64,000 nucleotides of DNA, taken from the IMG/VR virus record IMGVR_UViG_3300046368_000651, positions 1 to 64,000 of that record, one strand, 5' to 3'. The position numbers were made by a program, and so were the translations under genes. The DNA is from an uncultured virus (IMG/VR IMGVR_UViG_3300046368_000651) (Duplodnaviria; Heunggongvirae; Uroviricota; Caudoviricetes). Shown piece after piece: positions 37,249 to 47,435 of the stretch (its first letter is position 1; each line of letters opens with the position of its first letter). The notes under the pieces were generated by a model that was not told the DNA's origin, did not search any database, and worked only from the letters and a program-made list of their open reading frames with translations.

Positions 37249-37348
37249 GTGTGAGAACTGTCATTGTGAATCACACTGTGACATAGAGTGTGCTTCGTGT
37301 GCCAACGATGTTTGCCAGAATTGTAAATGCGAACTTTGTAAACAATAA
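37190..37348 (+). CDS. Metallothionein-like Cys-rich peptide (52 aa, not in track)
   Basis: ...KCENCHCESHCDIECASCANDVCQNCKCELCKQ: 10 Cys and 2 His in 30 residues. Confidence 0.6.
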   Translation: MNTNILQQNQTRQAKRPKSKCENCHCESHCDIECASCANDVCQNCKCELCKQ

Positions 37349-37356
37349 ATACCAGT

Positions 37357-37614
37357 ATGAAAGTACACCTCGGAAGCTGTGAATATAAATGGACTCACGC
37401 AAACACCAGCATGGAACAAATGTGGATCATGCGTAAAGTGGGTACTGAAACATATAAACAAGTTGAAGAAAACAACTGGAAATGGATACTAGAACACACT
37501 TCTAGTCGTACACTTCCTTCAGATATATATTGTTGTTGCAATATCTCAGTTGAAATGCCAGATACAAAAGAAGCAACACATTTTATAATAAAACATTCGG
37601 AGAAAGTAACATGA
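37357..37614 (+). CDS. Hypothetical protein
   Basis: 85 aa ORF with ATAAATA upstream. Confidence 0.55.
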   Translation: MKVHLGSCEYKWTHANTSMEQMWIMRKVGTETYKQVEENNWKWILEHTSSRTLPSDIYCCCNISVEMPDTKEATHFIIKHSEKVT

Positions 37615-37838
37615 TGTGGGTAGATTATACAATTGATAGCATTCCTGGCGGCAAAGGCTTTAAGGTCAAAGGCGACTGGGAAGGTGAAGTAATGGGAATT
37701 GACAACAAAGGTAATAAAAAAGAAAACTGGTTATATCGACCCGGTGACGTTTTTATTGTAAATGAAAATGGGTGGCTTATCAAAACAGATGAAGTGAATG
37801 CATTATTAATGAAGCACGAAACATCTAAAAATGATTGA
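37611..37838 (+). CDS. Hypothetical protein
   Basis: 75 aa ORF. Confidence 0.55.
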   Translation: MMWVDYTIDSIPGGKGFKVKGDWEGEVMGIDNKGNKKENWLYRPGDVFIVNENGWLIKTDEVNALLMKHETSKND

Positions 37839-38202
37839 GATACTTTTCCTATTTGTACTATCTATTAAACACGCTTTTGCTGATATGTTTACACAAACAT
37901 ATATCAAACAACCTTTTACTAAACTTAAATATTTTGACAATGGACACAGACATTATCTACATCACGGATTGAGTAACTTTGCTGTGTGTTTATTTTTTGT
38001 ATCGCCAACATGGGCTATAATTTACAGTGTATTTGATTACATTGCACATTGGCATATTGATTGGGGTAAAACAGTATTCTATACAAAATTTAATTGGCAG
38101 CGAACAGAAAAGAGATTCTGGAGACTGCAATCATTAGACCAAATGCTGCATTACGCTACTGCATTTTTAATTGTGTGGCATGCTCATACTTACGTTTTAT
38201 AA
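37831..38202 (+). CDS. DUF3307-like membrane protein
   Basis: KH.FAD..Q, H..HH, HWHIDWGK and DQMLH motifs. Confidence 0.7.
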   Translation: MIEILFLFVLSIKHAFADMFTQTYIKQPFTKLKYFDNGHRHYLHHGLSNFAVCLFFVSPTWAIIYSVFDYIAHWHIDWGKTVFYTKFNWQRTEKRFWRLQSLDQMLHYATAFLIVWHAHTYVL

Positions 38203-38806
38203 TTTCAGCAACACTATCTGAACACATAGTTTCATAATGTGTATGTGCTACTTCAATGTGTTCCATATCTTCTCTATGCGTCATACTTGCTAGAGTACAC
38301 ACACCGTCATTAGGACCGTTGTGATAAGGTACACTACCTGTTGTAGTTACAATCTGTGTCCAAGGCATTTCTAGTTGCATTTCATTTGCTTCACGTATTG
38401 GATCGCTTTTACGTCCTATATCTCTAAACAGTGGATAACTTGGTACAATGTATTTTGCCCAGTCTGCTGTACTACTGCCTCTAAATGGCGTGCTTATACT
38501 TACACCGCCTACTACTCTCACCCACTGTGTAAGATGTAGTGCGTACAATCCGCCCATGCTATGTCCTATTACAAAATGCGGACCCTTGCCCTTCACTGCA
38601 TCAACAATCATTTCAATGTTATCTTGAAAGCGATTCATGCTGCTATAGTTTATAGATATTTCATTGGTAAAGTTTGTTTGCATTTGCAAATACCTAAAGC
38701 TCAAACTAGTTTGATTAGCACCGTGTAGCCAAATTACATTTATGTCATCTGTGGTGTGTTTTTCCGTGGCTGTAGAACCAAATAAGTTTCGTATATAATT
38801 GAGCAT
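38156..38806 (-). CDS. Alpha/beta hydrolase
   Basis: WLHG, GHSMGG, STPFRGS, NDGV and a catalytic-type His. Confidence 0.85.
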   Translation of the reverse strand: MLNYIRNLFGSTATEKHTTDDINVIWLHGANQTSLSFRYLQMQTNFTNEISINYSSMNRFQDNIEMIVDAVKGKGPHFVIGHSMGGLYALHLTQWVRVVGGVSISTPFRGSSTADWAKYIVPSYPLFRDIGRKSDPIREANEMQLEMPWTQIVTTTGSVPYHNGPNDGVCTLASMTHREDMEHIEVAHTHYETMCSDSVAEIIKRKYEHATQLKMQ

Positions 38807-38809
38807 ATA

Positions 38810-40855
38810 TTATTTACTTGTGGCTACAAAGATGCCATTCCAATCTGAAGGCAAATCCTGTGTTTTCATATATTCACAACGTTCAATCCACATATCGTAA
38901 TACTTTTCCATCTTGTGATCAAAGTGTGTATACAACATCTTACACTTGTCTATAGCGTCATCAAAACGCTGCGCACGATAGTCTTCGTGCATTTGTTCAT
39001 GTTTCTTCTGCGCACTACGCCATGCAGGATATGGCTTATCCAACACTGTGTAAATTTTAAGTCCTACACTTTTGCCTTTGACTTGCAAGTCATCTACTTT
39101 GAGGTAGAAGAAATCTGTTCTAGTTGCTTCGTATGTAGATTCTCCTACAAGTAACAAACACCCATACTCTTTACATTTGCTTTCTACTCTTGCTGCGGTG
39201 CTGACAGCGTCTCCAAGGACATCATATGAATGACGTTTAGTACTTCCCATCTCACCAAGGTACCCCAGCCCTGTGTTGATGCCAGCGCCCATACCAACAG
39301 CAGGACGACCATCAGGTATAATAACTTCTTCATTAAACTTCTCCACTGCTTTAAGCATGTCTAAGCCACACTGTACTGCTGTACGAGGATGGTTAGGATC
39401 ATCTATAGGCGCATTGTGTATGTGCATACTAGCATCGCCTATGTACTTGATTATCATTCCGTCTGACTCTAACACAGGTTCTGTAATAGCATCCATGTAG
39501 CCATTCATAATACGTGTGAGTCCTTGTACGTCATCTCCAAAACTTTCTCCTAGTGGTGTAAATCCACGCAAGTCTGAGAATACAATACTTACATTACGCT
39601 TAGTGCCCAGTTTAATAAGCTCTGGCGACTCCTGTAGTAGTCTAACCACTGTTGGTGATGCATAACCTTCGAATTGCTTTTTGATGGCTTGCTTTTGTAA
39701 GAACTCGTCGACGAACTTGACAATGTATCGTTTGAGCCCAACGAGCAAGATGAAAGCACTGATAACAGCGCCATCGATAAGAATATTTTGTGTATTGAAA
39801 ACATATATGCTCCCTCCTATAAACCCGCCCACGGACAACACAAAGAAGGCTATGCCTACAAATGTCCAACGGGCGAGTATGATTAACAAAACGCCGGCTG
39901 CAACTAGAGCTGCTAGTTCTGCCCACTGCTCTGCGTCTGGATGTCTGCTAATATTTGATTCATTAAACACTGTTCCTAGCATTGCTGCCTGTATTTCGTG
40001 TGGAAATACACTGCCTGCTGCTGTTGCTAGTGGCTGTGTAAGCCCTGCTGCTGTTGGTCCTACAAACACTATACCGCCAGCAAAGTCATCTGGTAAGTCA
40101 ACTGCGCTCACGCTTTTGCTGCGCTGACTCCAGTCTATCCATACTTCGCCTGTGGGGCTTGTTTGTATTATACCATATGCTGGTATGCGTAGTTTATCTA
40201 CACCCATAGGTGATAGTTTAATTTGGAAGCTAGGATCGCCTGCTAGTACACGTAGCACTTCCATAGTAACATTTGGATATAATGTACCACTAGATTCAAC
40301 TACTAGAGGTATACGTCTAGTAACACCGTCTACTTCCGGCCAACTGTTTGTTATTCCACTACCTACTGCGTTGAATTCAATATCTGGTACATTTGCGATG
40401 ATTCCTGGAACACTAGGAATAGTATAAAGAAAGTCGCTGTTAACAATAGTAGCGCCTGGATTGACTGGTTCATTTTTGTTGTCCTCCGCACCTAACATAG
40501 TAACTATAACAGGTAATTGCTGCATTGTCAAGCCTAATGTAGCATCTTCACCTGACCTGTCTTCTTCCGACATCAATACATTGAAAACCACTAGTCCAGC
40601 GCCTCTGGCATATAAGTCCTCTATAAGGCTACCATAATCACCTCTCGGCCACGGCCATTGTCCGTAAGCCTCTAAACTTGGTTCATCGATGTTCACTGTG
40701 TAAATGTTGTTTTCAACAGGTTGTTGATTTACAATAAGTGTATCAAAGTAGCGTAGTCGTATGCTTTCTATAAATGCTGGATTAAGATAGTATACATAAC
40801 TCAGCACACCTAATAATAAAACACTCCAAAGCGGGCTGAACAGTACTTTTCTCAT
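38810..40855 (-). CDS. CHASE2-domain class III adenylate cyclase
   Basis: IDEPSLEAYGQWPWPR and DGVTRRIPL (CHASE2); TM segments; FSDLRGFT, KYIGDA, GAGINTG, YDVLGDAVSTAARVES, VKGK. Confidence 0.93.
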   Translation of the reverse strand: MRKVLFSPLWSVLLLGVLSYVYYLNPAFIESIRLRYFDTLIVNQQPVENNIYTVNIDEPSLEAYGQWPWPRGDYGSLIEDLYARGAGLVVFNVLMSEEDRSGEDATLGLTMQQLPVIVTMLGAEDNKNEPVNPGATIVNSDFLYTIPSVPGIIANVPDIEFNAVGSGITNSWPEVDGVTRRIPLVVESSGTLYPNVTMEVLRVLAGDPSFQIKLSPMGVDKLRIPAYGIIQTSPTGEVWIDWSQRSKSVSAVDLPDDFAGGIVFVGPTAAGLTQPLATAAGSVFPHEIQAAMLGTVFNESNISRHPDAEQWAELAALVAAGVLLIILARWTFVGIAFFVLSVGGFIGGSIYVFNTQNILIDGAVISAFILLVGLKRYIVKFVDEFLQKQAIKKQFEGYASPTVVRLLQESPELIKLGTKRNVSIVFSDLRGFTPLGESFGDDVQGLTRIMNGYMDAITEPVLESDGMIIKYIGDASMHIHNAPIDDPNHPRTAVQCGLDMLKAVEKFNEEVIIPDGRPAVGMGAGINTGLGYLGEMGSTKRHSYDVLGDAVSTAARVESKCKEYGCLLLVGESTYEATRTDFFYLKVDDLQVKGKSVGLKIYTVLDKPYPAWRSAQKKHEQMHEDYRAQRFDDAIDKCKMLYTHFDHKMEKYYDMWIERCEYMKTQDLPSDWNGIFVATSK

Positions 40856-41142
40856 TTTTTAATTCCTAACAACTTTGCTTTCATTGCGGCCGCAGAGGGC
40901 GACTCTTGTGGTTTGGATTCGGCACTCCCCGTTCGTACTCTACTACTGGGTTGTAGTTTGGAGGGTGCTTCTTGCGAAATCCCCGATGAGGTATTATTAA
41001 GCGTTTCTCTGACTCGGGCAATTCTTGCTTTGTGTTCTTGTTTGCGCTGGTGAAGGTAGGCTTCAAGTAATTTCTCCTGAAACTTTTCCTCCACCATATT
41101 TTCTATATGTTCTTTGAACAACCATTCGCTTATCCATTTCAT
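40852..41142 (-). CDS. Hypothetical protein
   Basis: 96 aa ORF. Confidence 0.55.
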   Translation of the reverse strand: MKWISEWLFKEHIENMVEEKFQEKLLEAYLHQRKQEHKARIARVRETLNNTSSGISQEAPSKLQPSSRVRTGSAESKPQESPSAAAMKAKLLGIKK

Positions 41143-41154
41143 ACAGTATTTATT

Positions 41155-43155
41155 TTAGAACTTCCAAGTAAACCCTGCGTTTACAGTTGTACTTGTATTA
41201 TCGCCTGCTGTAATTCTGTTAACACCGGCTGCAATACCTATGTTTTCATTAATAGCATGATTTACACCTAAACCTATACGAGTTGTTCCTGCATCGTCAA
41301 AATCTCTAGCAATATTTGCTGTTACTATATCGTTGTCAATATTGATACCAATTGTAGGATAACGATATGTTTCGCTGTTGCCTGCATCTAGTAATGCTGC
41401 TTGAACATCGCCAGTCTCAGCAAATGCATCGTGACTTTTTGTACCAATAGTATATCCAGCAAACGGACGAACTATACCAGTTGATTTTTCTACTGTAACT
41501 GTTGCCCATCTATCGCTTGAAGTAGTAGATCCCATTGCACTAAAGTCTCCAATAGTTCTATTGTACTCTAAGTCTGTGTTTGCAGCATTTACCTGTCCTC
41601 GAACTGTAATATCGCTGTCATCAATATGTTTACCTGCACTTAAACTTAATACTGTTGTAGACATGCTACCTGTACTACCTTCACCAGTTATATCTGTTGT
41701 AATACGATTTATACCTAAACCAATAGTCATACTATTATCAGTCACAGCATTATGTCCTAATCCAAACACTCGAGACTCAGCACTATATCCGTTACTCATA
41801 TCATGGTTAATACGTCCTGCTGTAAATCCATCACCTATACCTACGCTGCTATGTGGACGCAATGTTAACATTTGATCCATTTGATCCATACGTCCTGTAA
41901 ATGCACCTGGATCTGTAACGGTTACAACATCATCTGCTCTACTTGCTGTAGTGACTGTTGGTGTAGCGTCTGTAACAACTTCGCTACCATCACTCATTGT
42001 TGCTGTAGTTCTAACAAAACTAGTTGTAGTGATTGTCATTGGTGTTGTTACTGTTGTAGTTGTTTCTCTAGCAATAGTTTGTACACCTTCTGCTACACTG
42101 CTATCGTGTGTTGTTTGTGCTGCTGTAAGTACTGGCAACGCTGTATTAACTGCTTCACTACTGCTGGTAATAGTTTCTGTACTTGTACTAACTACTGTAG
42201 GTTCTGCTGCGCCATCTGCTGCGTCTGTAGCACTACCAACATCTTCTAATGTACCCCAACTACTGATGTCACCACCGCCACCTGCGCCTGCTGTAATAGC
42301 AGCATCGGCAGCATCAAACGCACTTGGTCCAAATATGTATGCGTAACTTGCTGTAAGTATATCGCCTGTGCTTACATCGGCCCAGTTCCAACTTAGTCCA
42401 ATAGTGTTGTCGCCTCTGTTGGTGTTTGATCCGTCACCGTCAACAGCGTTTTCAGTATAACCGTCTGCCTCTGTTGACCAGCCTGTAATACCTGCATCAA
42501 CATTAGAGTTTGTGGAGTAAAGTCCTAGTGCATAGCGTGATACTGTTGCTTCTGCAAATGCTACATTACTATCTGGAATAACGCCATAACCTAGCACGTT
42601 GTCTGTAGCACTTGTGTCGCCAGTTTCTGGCATAGCATCTGGATCAATAAAGCGTCCAAAACTTAGTGCGGTAGCATCACTGCCTGCTGTAATCTGTGTG
42701 CCGATCTCAATGTGTTCTGATGTAGCACCTAAAGTATATGTGTTTTCTATTTCCCAACCACTGTGTGCTGAATTTGTACCAGTCCAAGTAAGTGAATTAT
42801 CACCGTTTGTTAAACCATCTGCATCTACCCAAGTACTTCCGCCTTGGTTATTATTTTTGCTGTTAGTACCATCTATCTTGATAGCAAAGCCATCAAACGG
42901 TGAACCTGGTGTTAGGTAGTCGCCTTGTGCGCTATCTGCTGGAAATGTGCCTGAACCTGTGCTGTCAAACTGTAGTCCTGGACGAGTGCTTCCTCCTGAT
43001 CCAAAAGTACCTGCGTCACCATTGACTCCGGCTTTTACATAACTGTTTTCAAGTATACCCATGCCTGTTGCTGTTGTACTCATGCTACTCGTATCTGCCA
43101 ATGCAGTAGTACTAAGTAGTGCTGCCATTATACTGGCAATCGCTATTCTTTTCAT
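41155..43155 (-). CDS. Autotransporter-like outer-membrane protein
   Basis: Signal peptide, passenger domain, Thr-rich linker and a C-terminal beta-barrel ending in GFTWKF. Confidence 0.7.
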   Translation of the reverse strand: MKRIAIASIMAALLSTTALADTSSMSTTATGMGILENSYVKAGVNGDAGTFGSGGSTRPGLQFDSTGSGTFPADSAQGDYLTPGSPFDGFAIKIDGTNSKNNNQGGSTWVDADGLTNGDNSLTWTGTNSAHSGWEIENTYTLGATSEHIEIGTQITAGSDATALSFGRFIDPDAMPETGDTSATDNVLGYGVIPDSNVAFAEATVSRYALGLYSTNSNVDAGITGWSTEADGYTENAVDGDGSNTNRGDNTIGLSWNWADVSTGDILTASYAYIFGPSAFDAADAAITAGAGGGGDISSWGTLEDVGSATDAADGAAEPTVVSTSTETITSSSEAVNTALPVLTAAQTTHDSSVAEGVQTIARETTTTVTTPMTITTTSFVRTTATMSDGSEVVTDATPTVTTASRADDVVTVTDPGAFTGRMDQMDQMLTLRPHSSVGIGDGFTAGRINHDMSNGYSAESRVFGLGHNAVTDNSMTIGLGINRITTDITGEGSTGSMSTTVLSLSAGKHIDDSDITVRGQVNAANTDLEYNRTIGDFSAMGSTTSSDRWATVTVEKSTGIVRPFAGYTIGTKSHDAFAETGDVQAALLDAGNSETYRYPTIGINIDNDIVTANIARDFDDAGTTRIGLGVNHAINENIGIAAGVNRITAGDNTSTTVNAGFTWKF

Positions 43156-43209
43156 ATTTTACCCTCATTGTTTGGATGCCGGTTGCGCCCTCACGCCGCG
43201 GTCCACACT

Positions 43210-43551
43210 CTATTTAAGCCTAATCTCTACTCCTAAAACTACGCCGATATCTTCACTTTCTATGCCTGGTGCTATAAACATTCTCATTTTACCTATGTCA
43301 TATGTGCCTCTAATATAAGGAGTAAGCGAGCCATTGTTGTAGCCTGTTACAAATGCAGCTTCAAAACCAAAATTGTTTATTTCTTGTCGATGTCCTGCAT
43401 ATACGCTTAAATTTTCTACACTATTATAATAGGCGCCTGTAATAAATTTTTCATGTGTGTATCTTAGGTGTGGATGAAAAGCGTTATATTTTTCATCAAA
43501 TCCAATATGGCTACTGAGTCCTAAACTAATCGTTAGTGCTTCTAATATCAT
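43210..43551 (-). CDS. Small beta-barrel-like outer-membrane protein
   Basis: YNAFHP...GAYYNS...VTGY with alternating beta-strand pattern. Confidence 0.55.
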   Translation of the reverse strand: MILEALTISLGLSSHIGFDEKYNAFHPHLRYTHEKFITGAYYNSVENLSVYAGHRQEINNFGFEAAFVTGYNNGSLTPYIRGTYDIGKMRMFIAPGIESEDIGVVLGVEIRLK

Positions 43552-43660
43552 CTTGCTTTTCCTCGTAATGAGTGTCTATTTTGGTTGTTAACTTTTCAGC
43601 AGCCCACCAACCAAATGCTGTAAAAAATCCTGCTATGAAAAATGTCAATACAGTTTCCAT
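43526..43660 (-). CDS. Small single-TM protein
   Basis: METVLTFFIAGFFTAFGWWAA... Confidence 0.5.
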   Translation of the reverse strand: METVLTFFIAGFFTAFGWWAAEKLTTKIDTHYEEKQDDIRSTND

Positions 43661-44496
43661 TAGTTGTGCTGCTGAACACTTACAACACACCCGTTTGGGT
43701 TTGTACATACACCACTTAGGCTAAATGATTTAGCAGAAGTGTCTGTTTGTTGACTAACTGTTACGTTATAGGCAGGACCATATATGCTTTCTACACTAAT
43801 GTTTGCTGATGCAGAATTCATTCCACGTTGGTTTAAATCAATTACATTGTAATTTCCTGACAACTCAATGTCAGCAGTTTTTTGTCCGCCATTGCCTTTC
43901 TGATAAGTTGTAACATCATTTCCAGTACCTGAAATATCAATGTCTAATAGATGCTTTTGATTTCCTCTTTGCGTCATTTCAACATCGTTGCTATTACCAG
44001 TAATTTCTGCGGTTAATTCATGCCTACCATAGCCTGAAGTTTGTTGATCAGTTTGTGCTGCTTTAATATCGTTATAATTTCCAGTAATTGTAACTGTAGC
44101 AGTGTGATCACCGCCCTCTGCTAAGTCAATTGTACCATCAGCATGTTTACCTTGCCATATTACCAAGTCGTTGTTATCACCAGTAACTCGAGAAGTGATC
44201 ATTCCACTATCACCGCCGCCGCCTTGATAGAAATCTACATTATTGTTATCACCGTCTAACATTCCCTGGACGCCATGATACATACCTGTTTGTACCATAT
44301 CAATCGTATTGCCATCGCCTTCAATACCTTTAGTCTCACCAGGTATTCCACTGATATAATTTACATCCCCATCTTGAGTCAAGGTTAATGCATTATTGTC
44401 ACCAACTTGGTATACATAAATTTCATTTGCATTACTAGTAGTCGTTTTGATTGATAGTAATATTGTTAGCGCCACCGACGCCCACTTGATATCCAT
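43660..44496 (-). CDS. Curlin-like repeat protein
   Basis: Signal peptide then ANEIYVYQVGDNN and many Q.G..N repeats. Confidence 0.75.
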   Translation of the reverse strand: MDIKWASVALTILLSIKTTTSNANEIYVYQVGDNNALTLTQDGDVNYISGIPGETKGIEGDGNTIDMVQTGMYHGVQGMLDGDNNNVDFYQGGGGDSGMITSRVTGDNNDLVIWQGKHADGTIDLAEGGDHTATVTITGNYNDIKAAQTDQQTSGYGRHELTAEITGNSNDVEMTQRGNQKHLLDIDISGTGNDVTTYQKGNGGQKTADIELSGNYNVIDLNQRGMNSASANISVESIYGPAYNVTVSQQTDTSAKSFSLSGVCTNPNGCVVSVQQHN

Positions 44497-45577
44497 ATTT
44501 GTAAAATCCTCCCTGCACCATGTCAACACTATAACTATGACTTTGACTTAGTCTTAATTGAAAAAAGTGTTGATCGCCTTCTGCTCTCCTTACTATAAAA
44601 TAAGGATATTCTTCATCGTAAAATATATTTGTTTCTGGATCTAGTCCAAAAAACTTTTCTTGAAAAAATTGTATGTTTTGAGTTCCTAGCTCATCAAACC
44701 ACTGTGCTAATATTTCAGCAAGTTGTTTTTCCATAGCATCTATAAACTCTGAATTTAGATAACTTGTATTATCTAAGTCTGTAACCCAGATGTTTTTAAT
44801 TCCTTCTACAAGCGGATCTTTATCAAGTTCGTCAAACTTTAAAAAATCAATATCTAACAAATTTGTGTTTGGATATTGCCTTACTATTTCCTCTGTGTAA
44901 GGAGAAACTTTTCTTATGATTAACATTGCGGTAAGCATATCTTCTGGCAAGTTTAGTGTAATTGGTCTTTTAGGCACTGCTCCTGCGTGTGCTACAACTG
45001 TAGTTTGAAATGCTTGATTCATAATAACTGTGCCTGCGTCTGATTCTACTTCAATTTCGCCAACAACACACAGTCCTGCAACATCGCAACTAGGCAATAG
45101 TGTTACCATACTACCGCCAATCTCGTCTATAATCATCATAAAATCTGTGCCACGCACGTTGATAGTTGCACTTGGTGTTCTAATGTTTACTCTTTGTCTG
45201 CTGTTTTTTGCAATTTGTCCACTAGCATAACGTACTGCACCTAGTGTTGCTTTCATTGACAATGCACCTTTTTGTGTAGCAGGATCGTATATAAACTCAT
45301 CTATAGTCATACGACTATTTTCTGTAACATCAACCCTAGTGTCATCAATAAAATCTAAACGTAATCGACCTTTGCCTGTTACAACATTGTCGTTCATTTG
45401 TAACCCAAGACCTACTTCGCCTGTGTATGCTTCTTTGTCTCGCTTGATTGTACTGCTGCCTTTAGATTCGGCAATCTCGCCAATAGGAGATGCTTTGGCC
45501 ATATCTACATACGCCAGCGCAAAAAATATTATGTATAAAAGTCTAGTCGGTTTGTGTAATATCAACTGTGTTACCAT
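44435..45577 (-). CDS. FecR-domain protein
   Basis: D.V.TG.G...L.F.DDT.V.V.ENS...IDEF.YDP and TPSATINVRGTDF motifs. Confidence 0.85.
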   Translation of the reverse strand: MVTQLILHKPTRLLYIIFFALAYVDMAKASPIGEIAESKGSSTIKRDKEAYTGEVGLGLQMNDNVVTGKGRLRLDFIDDTRVDVTENSRMTIDEFIYDPATQKGALSMKATLGAVRYASGQIAKNSRQRVNIRTPSATINVRGTDFMMIIDEIGGSMVTLLPSCDVAGLCVVGEIEVESDAGTVIMNQAFQTTVVAHAGAVPKRPITLNLPEDMLTAMLIIRKVSPYTEEIVRQYPNTNLLDIDFLKFDELDKDPLVEGIKNIWVTDLDNTSYLNSEFIDAMEKQLAEILAQWFDELGTQNIQFFQEKFFGLDPETNIFYDEEYPYFIVRRAEGDQHFFQLRLSQSHSYSVDMVQGGFYKYGYQVGVGGANNITINQNDY

Positions 45578-46295
45578 CCCCAGTCGAAGTCATGTCTACC
45601 AAGTTGTCGTTGATGCCACTTTGTGTAATAGTGTATACACTGCCAGCGCCTGTAATGTCTAATGTTACAGTATGCCCTAAACTATCGCCGTTACCTGATA
45701 TTGCTAAATCAACAATGTTACCAGGTGAACTGGTAGTTAATGTGTTATCATTTGCACTTGTAATTGTTGATCCACTTCCTGTTGAAGCACTGTTATCAAT
45801 TTCAATAGTAATGTTAGCATCAGTGCCATCTAAGTCCATGTCAACTAAGTTGTAGTCACCGTCTACTGTGAAGTTAATTGTAGCATCGCCAGCGTCATTG
45901 GTTTCGCCAATCTTGAAGTCAAACGTATTCAAGTCGCCTGTTGTAGTAATATTTAATGTTACACTATCGCAATTTCCGCCACCTGCTGTTGCTGCGCTAT
46001 CACACAATAAGTCAACATTGTTACTGTCTCCAGTAAACTGCCATGTACCTGTGTAGCTATCACCTGCAATAATTGCATCAATGGTATTAGTATCGCCAGT
46101 TTGTGTTATACTAAACACCATGTTGTCGCCATAGAGGCCAGCGTCTGTAGTACTGTCTCCAATTTTGTTATCCTTGCCATCTTGTGAGATGTCCAAATCT
46201 AAACTATCGCCAATTTGTGTGATGTATATCTCGTTTGCATGTGCTGCACTTACGAGAACCCACGATAGTATAAAACTATATAATGCTGCCCTCAT
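45543..46295 (-). CDS. Curlin-like repeat protein
   Basis: GAGGAG ribosome-binding site; signal peptide; ANEIYITQIGD; TQTGDTN and ITQSG repeats. Confidence 0.75.
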   Translation of the reverse strand: MRAALYSFILSWVLVSAAHANEIYITQIGDSLDLDISQDGKDNKIGDSTTDAGLYGDNMVFSITQTGDTNTIDAIIAGDSYTGTWQFTGDSNNVDLLCDSAATAGGGNCDSVTLNITTTGDLNTFDFKIGETNDAGDATINFTVDGDYNLVDMDLDGTDANITIEIDNSASTGSGSTITSANDNTLTTSSPGNIVDLAISGNGDSLGHTVTLDITGAGSVYTITQSGINDNLVDMTSTGDGNTVDITQTD

Positions 46296-46401
46296 TTTTG
46301 CTCCTCTGGGGTTTCCCCTAAATGTATTTACCTCGTGCCTCAACGAATAATAAATACACTTATATTTAGTGTAAATATATTTACAGATAAAGGCTATTAT
46401 A

Positions 46402-46680
46402 ATGAAAACTGCATACGTAATCAACGCTTTGAAACAAGCAGAACAAAAACACAAAGAACAAGAAGAATTCTGGAACTTGTTTAACGAGATTTGGTCTGAT
46501 GAAGTGCCAAAACAATATTCTTTAAATGACGAAGTTGATCAATTACAGATTGATAAGATACAACGAGCGTTAGATGAAAACGATGGCAACAGAACTTATG
46601 CTGCAAAATCACTCGGTATTAAAAGAGAAACACTATTAGCTAAAATGAAACGCTATTGTTTAAACTGCCACAAGTCTTGA
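46402..46680 (+). CDS. Fis-type HTH protein
   Basis: IQRALDENDGNRTYAAKSLGIKRETLLAKMKRY. Confidence 0.8.
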   Translation: MKTAYVINALKQAEQKHKEQEEFWNLFNEIWSDEVPKQYSLNDEVDQLQIDKIQRALDENDGNRTYAAKSLGIKRETLLAKMKRYCLNCHKS

Positions 46681-47435
46681 TTTGCACCTTGATAGATTAA
46701 TTCAATGACGCCTTGTTCAATTGCTTCACGCACTGCATAGTTTGTAGGTTCGTTAACACTATAACCTGTTTCAATTTCTAATGCCTTTGTGCCTAAGTCT
46801 AAGAATTTAAATACATCTGCTCCAGCACGATAACTTGCTATTGTTTTTTCTGATGCAACGCTAACTAGTACACGCCCTGTACTAACACTTACAATACGCA
46901 TTGCTACGGTTACTGTGTCGACTCTGTATTCTGCTGCTGTTCCAATACCAAAGTATCTAGCGCCAGTGCCTCCTGTAGTAACATTTGAGTCATACCCAAC
47001 TATACCGCCTTCGATAATTATACCAGCAAATTTCATTGGTGCTAACGGTGAAGCATTATCTTTTTCGTAGTTTTCTCTAGTGTTACGTATTAATTGACGC
47101 TCGCGAATAATGTTGTCCATGCCCACACGTTCTACAACTTCAAACCATGTGCCGTTGCCTGCTTGTAACAATGCATCTATTACCCAAACTTCAGCGCCTT
47201 GTGTTACAGCACTTGACAGGTTAGCAACATTTTCTGCTGGCTTACGCTGCCCAGTTTTGTCTGTAAAACTATAAACAGCAATTGTCATCACAGGACCATT
47301 TAATGGCTTTAGTTCGTTAAGTTCTTCAACCATTGGATTATCTTGTATCTTTGCAGGGCTTTGTAGCTGTGCTGGAATATTTCCTGCGCTGCATCCTGCA
47401 AGCATTAATGCTGTAATTAACAATAAATGTTTCAA
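46653..47435 (-). CDS. csgG: Curli secretion channel
   Basis: Lipobox LAGC; AVYSFTDKTGQRKP, SSAVTQGA, WFEVVER, EGGIVGYDSN and NEP motifs. Confidence 0.93.
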   Translation of the reverse strand: MKHLLLITALMLAGCSAGNIPAQLQSPAKIQDNPMVEELNELKPLNGPVMTIAVYSFTDKTGQRKPAENVANLSSAVTQGAEVWVIDALLQAGNGTWFEVVERVGMDNIIRERQLIRNTRENYEKDNASPLAPMKFAGIIIEGGIVGYDSNVTTGGTGARYFGIGTAAEYRVDTVTVAMRIVSVSTGRVLVSVASEKTIASYRAGADVFKFLDLGTKALEIETGYSVNEPTNYAVREAIEQGVIELIYQGANQDLWQFKQ

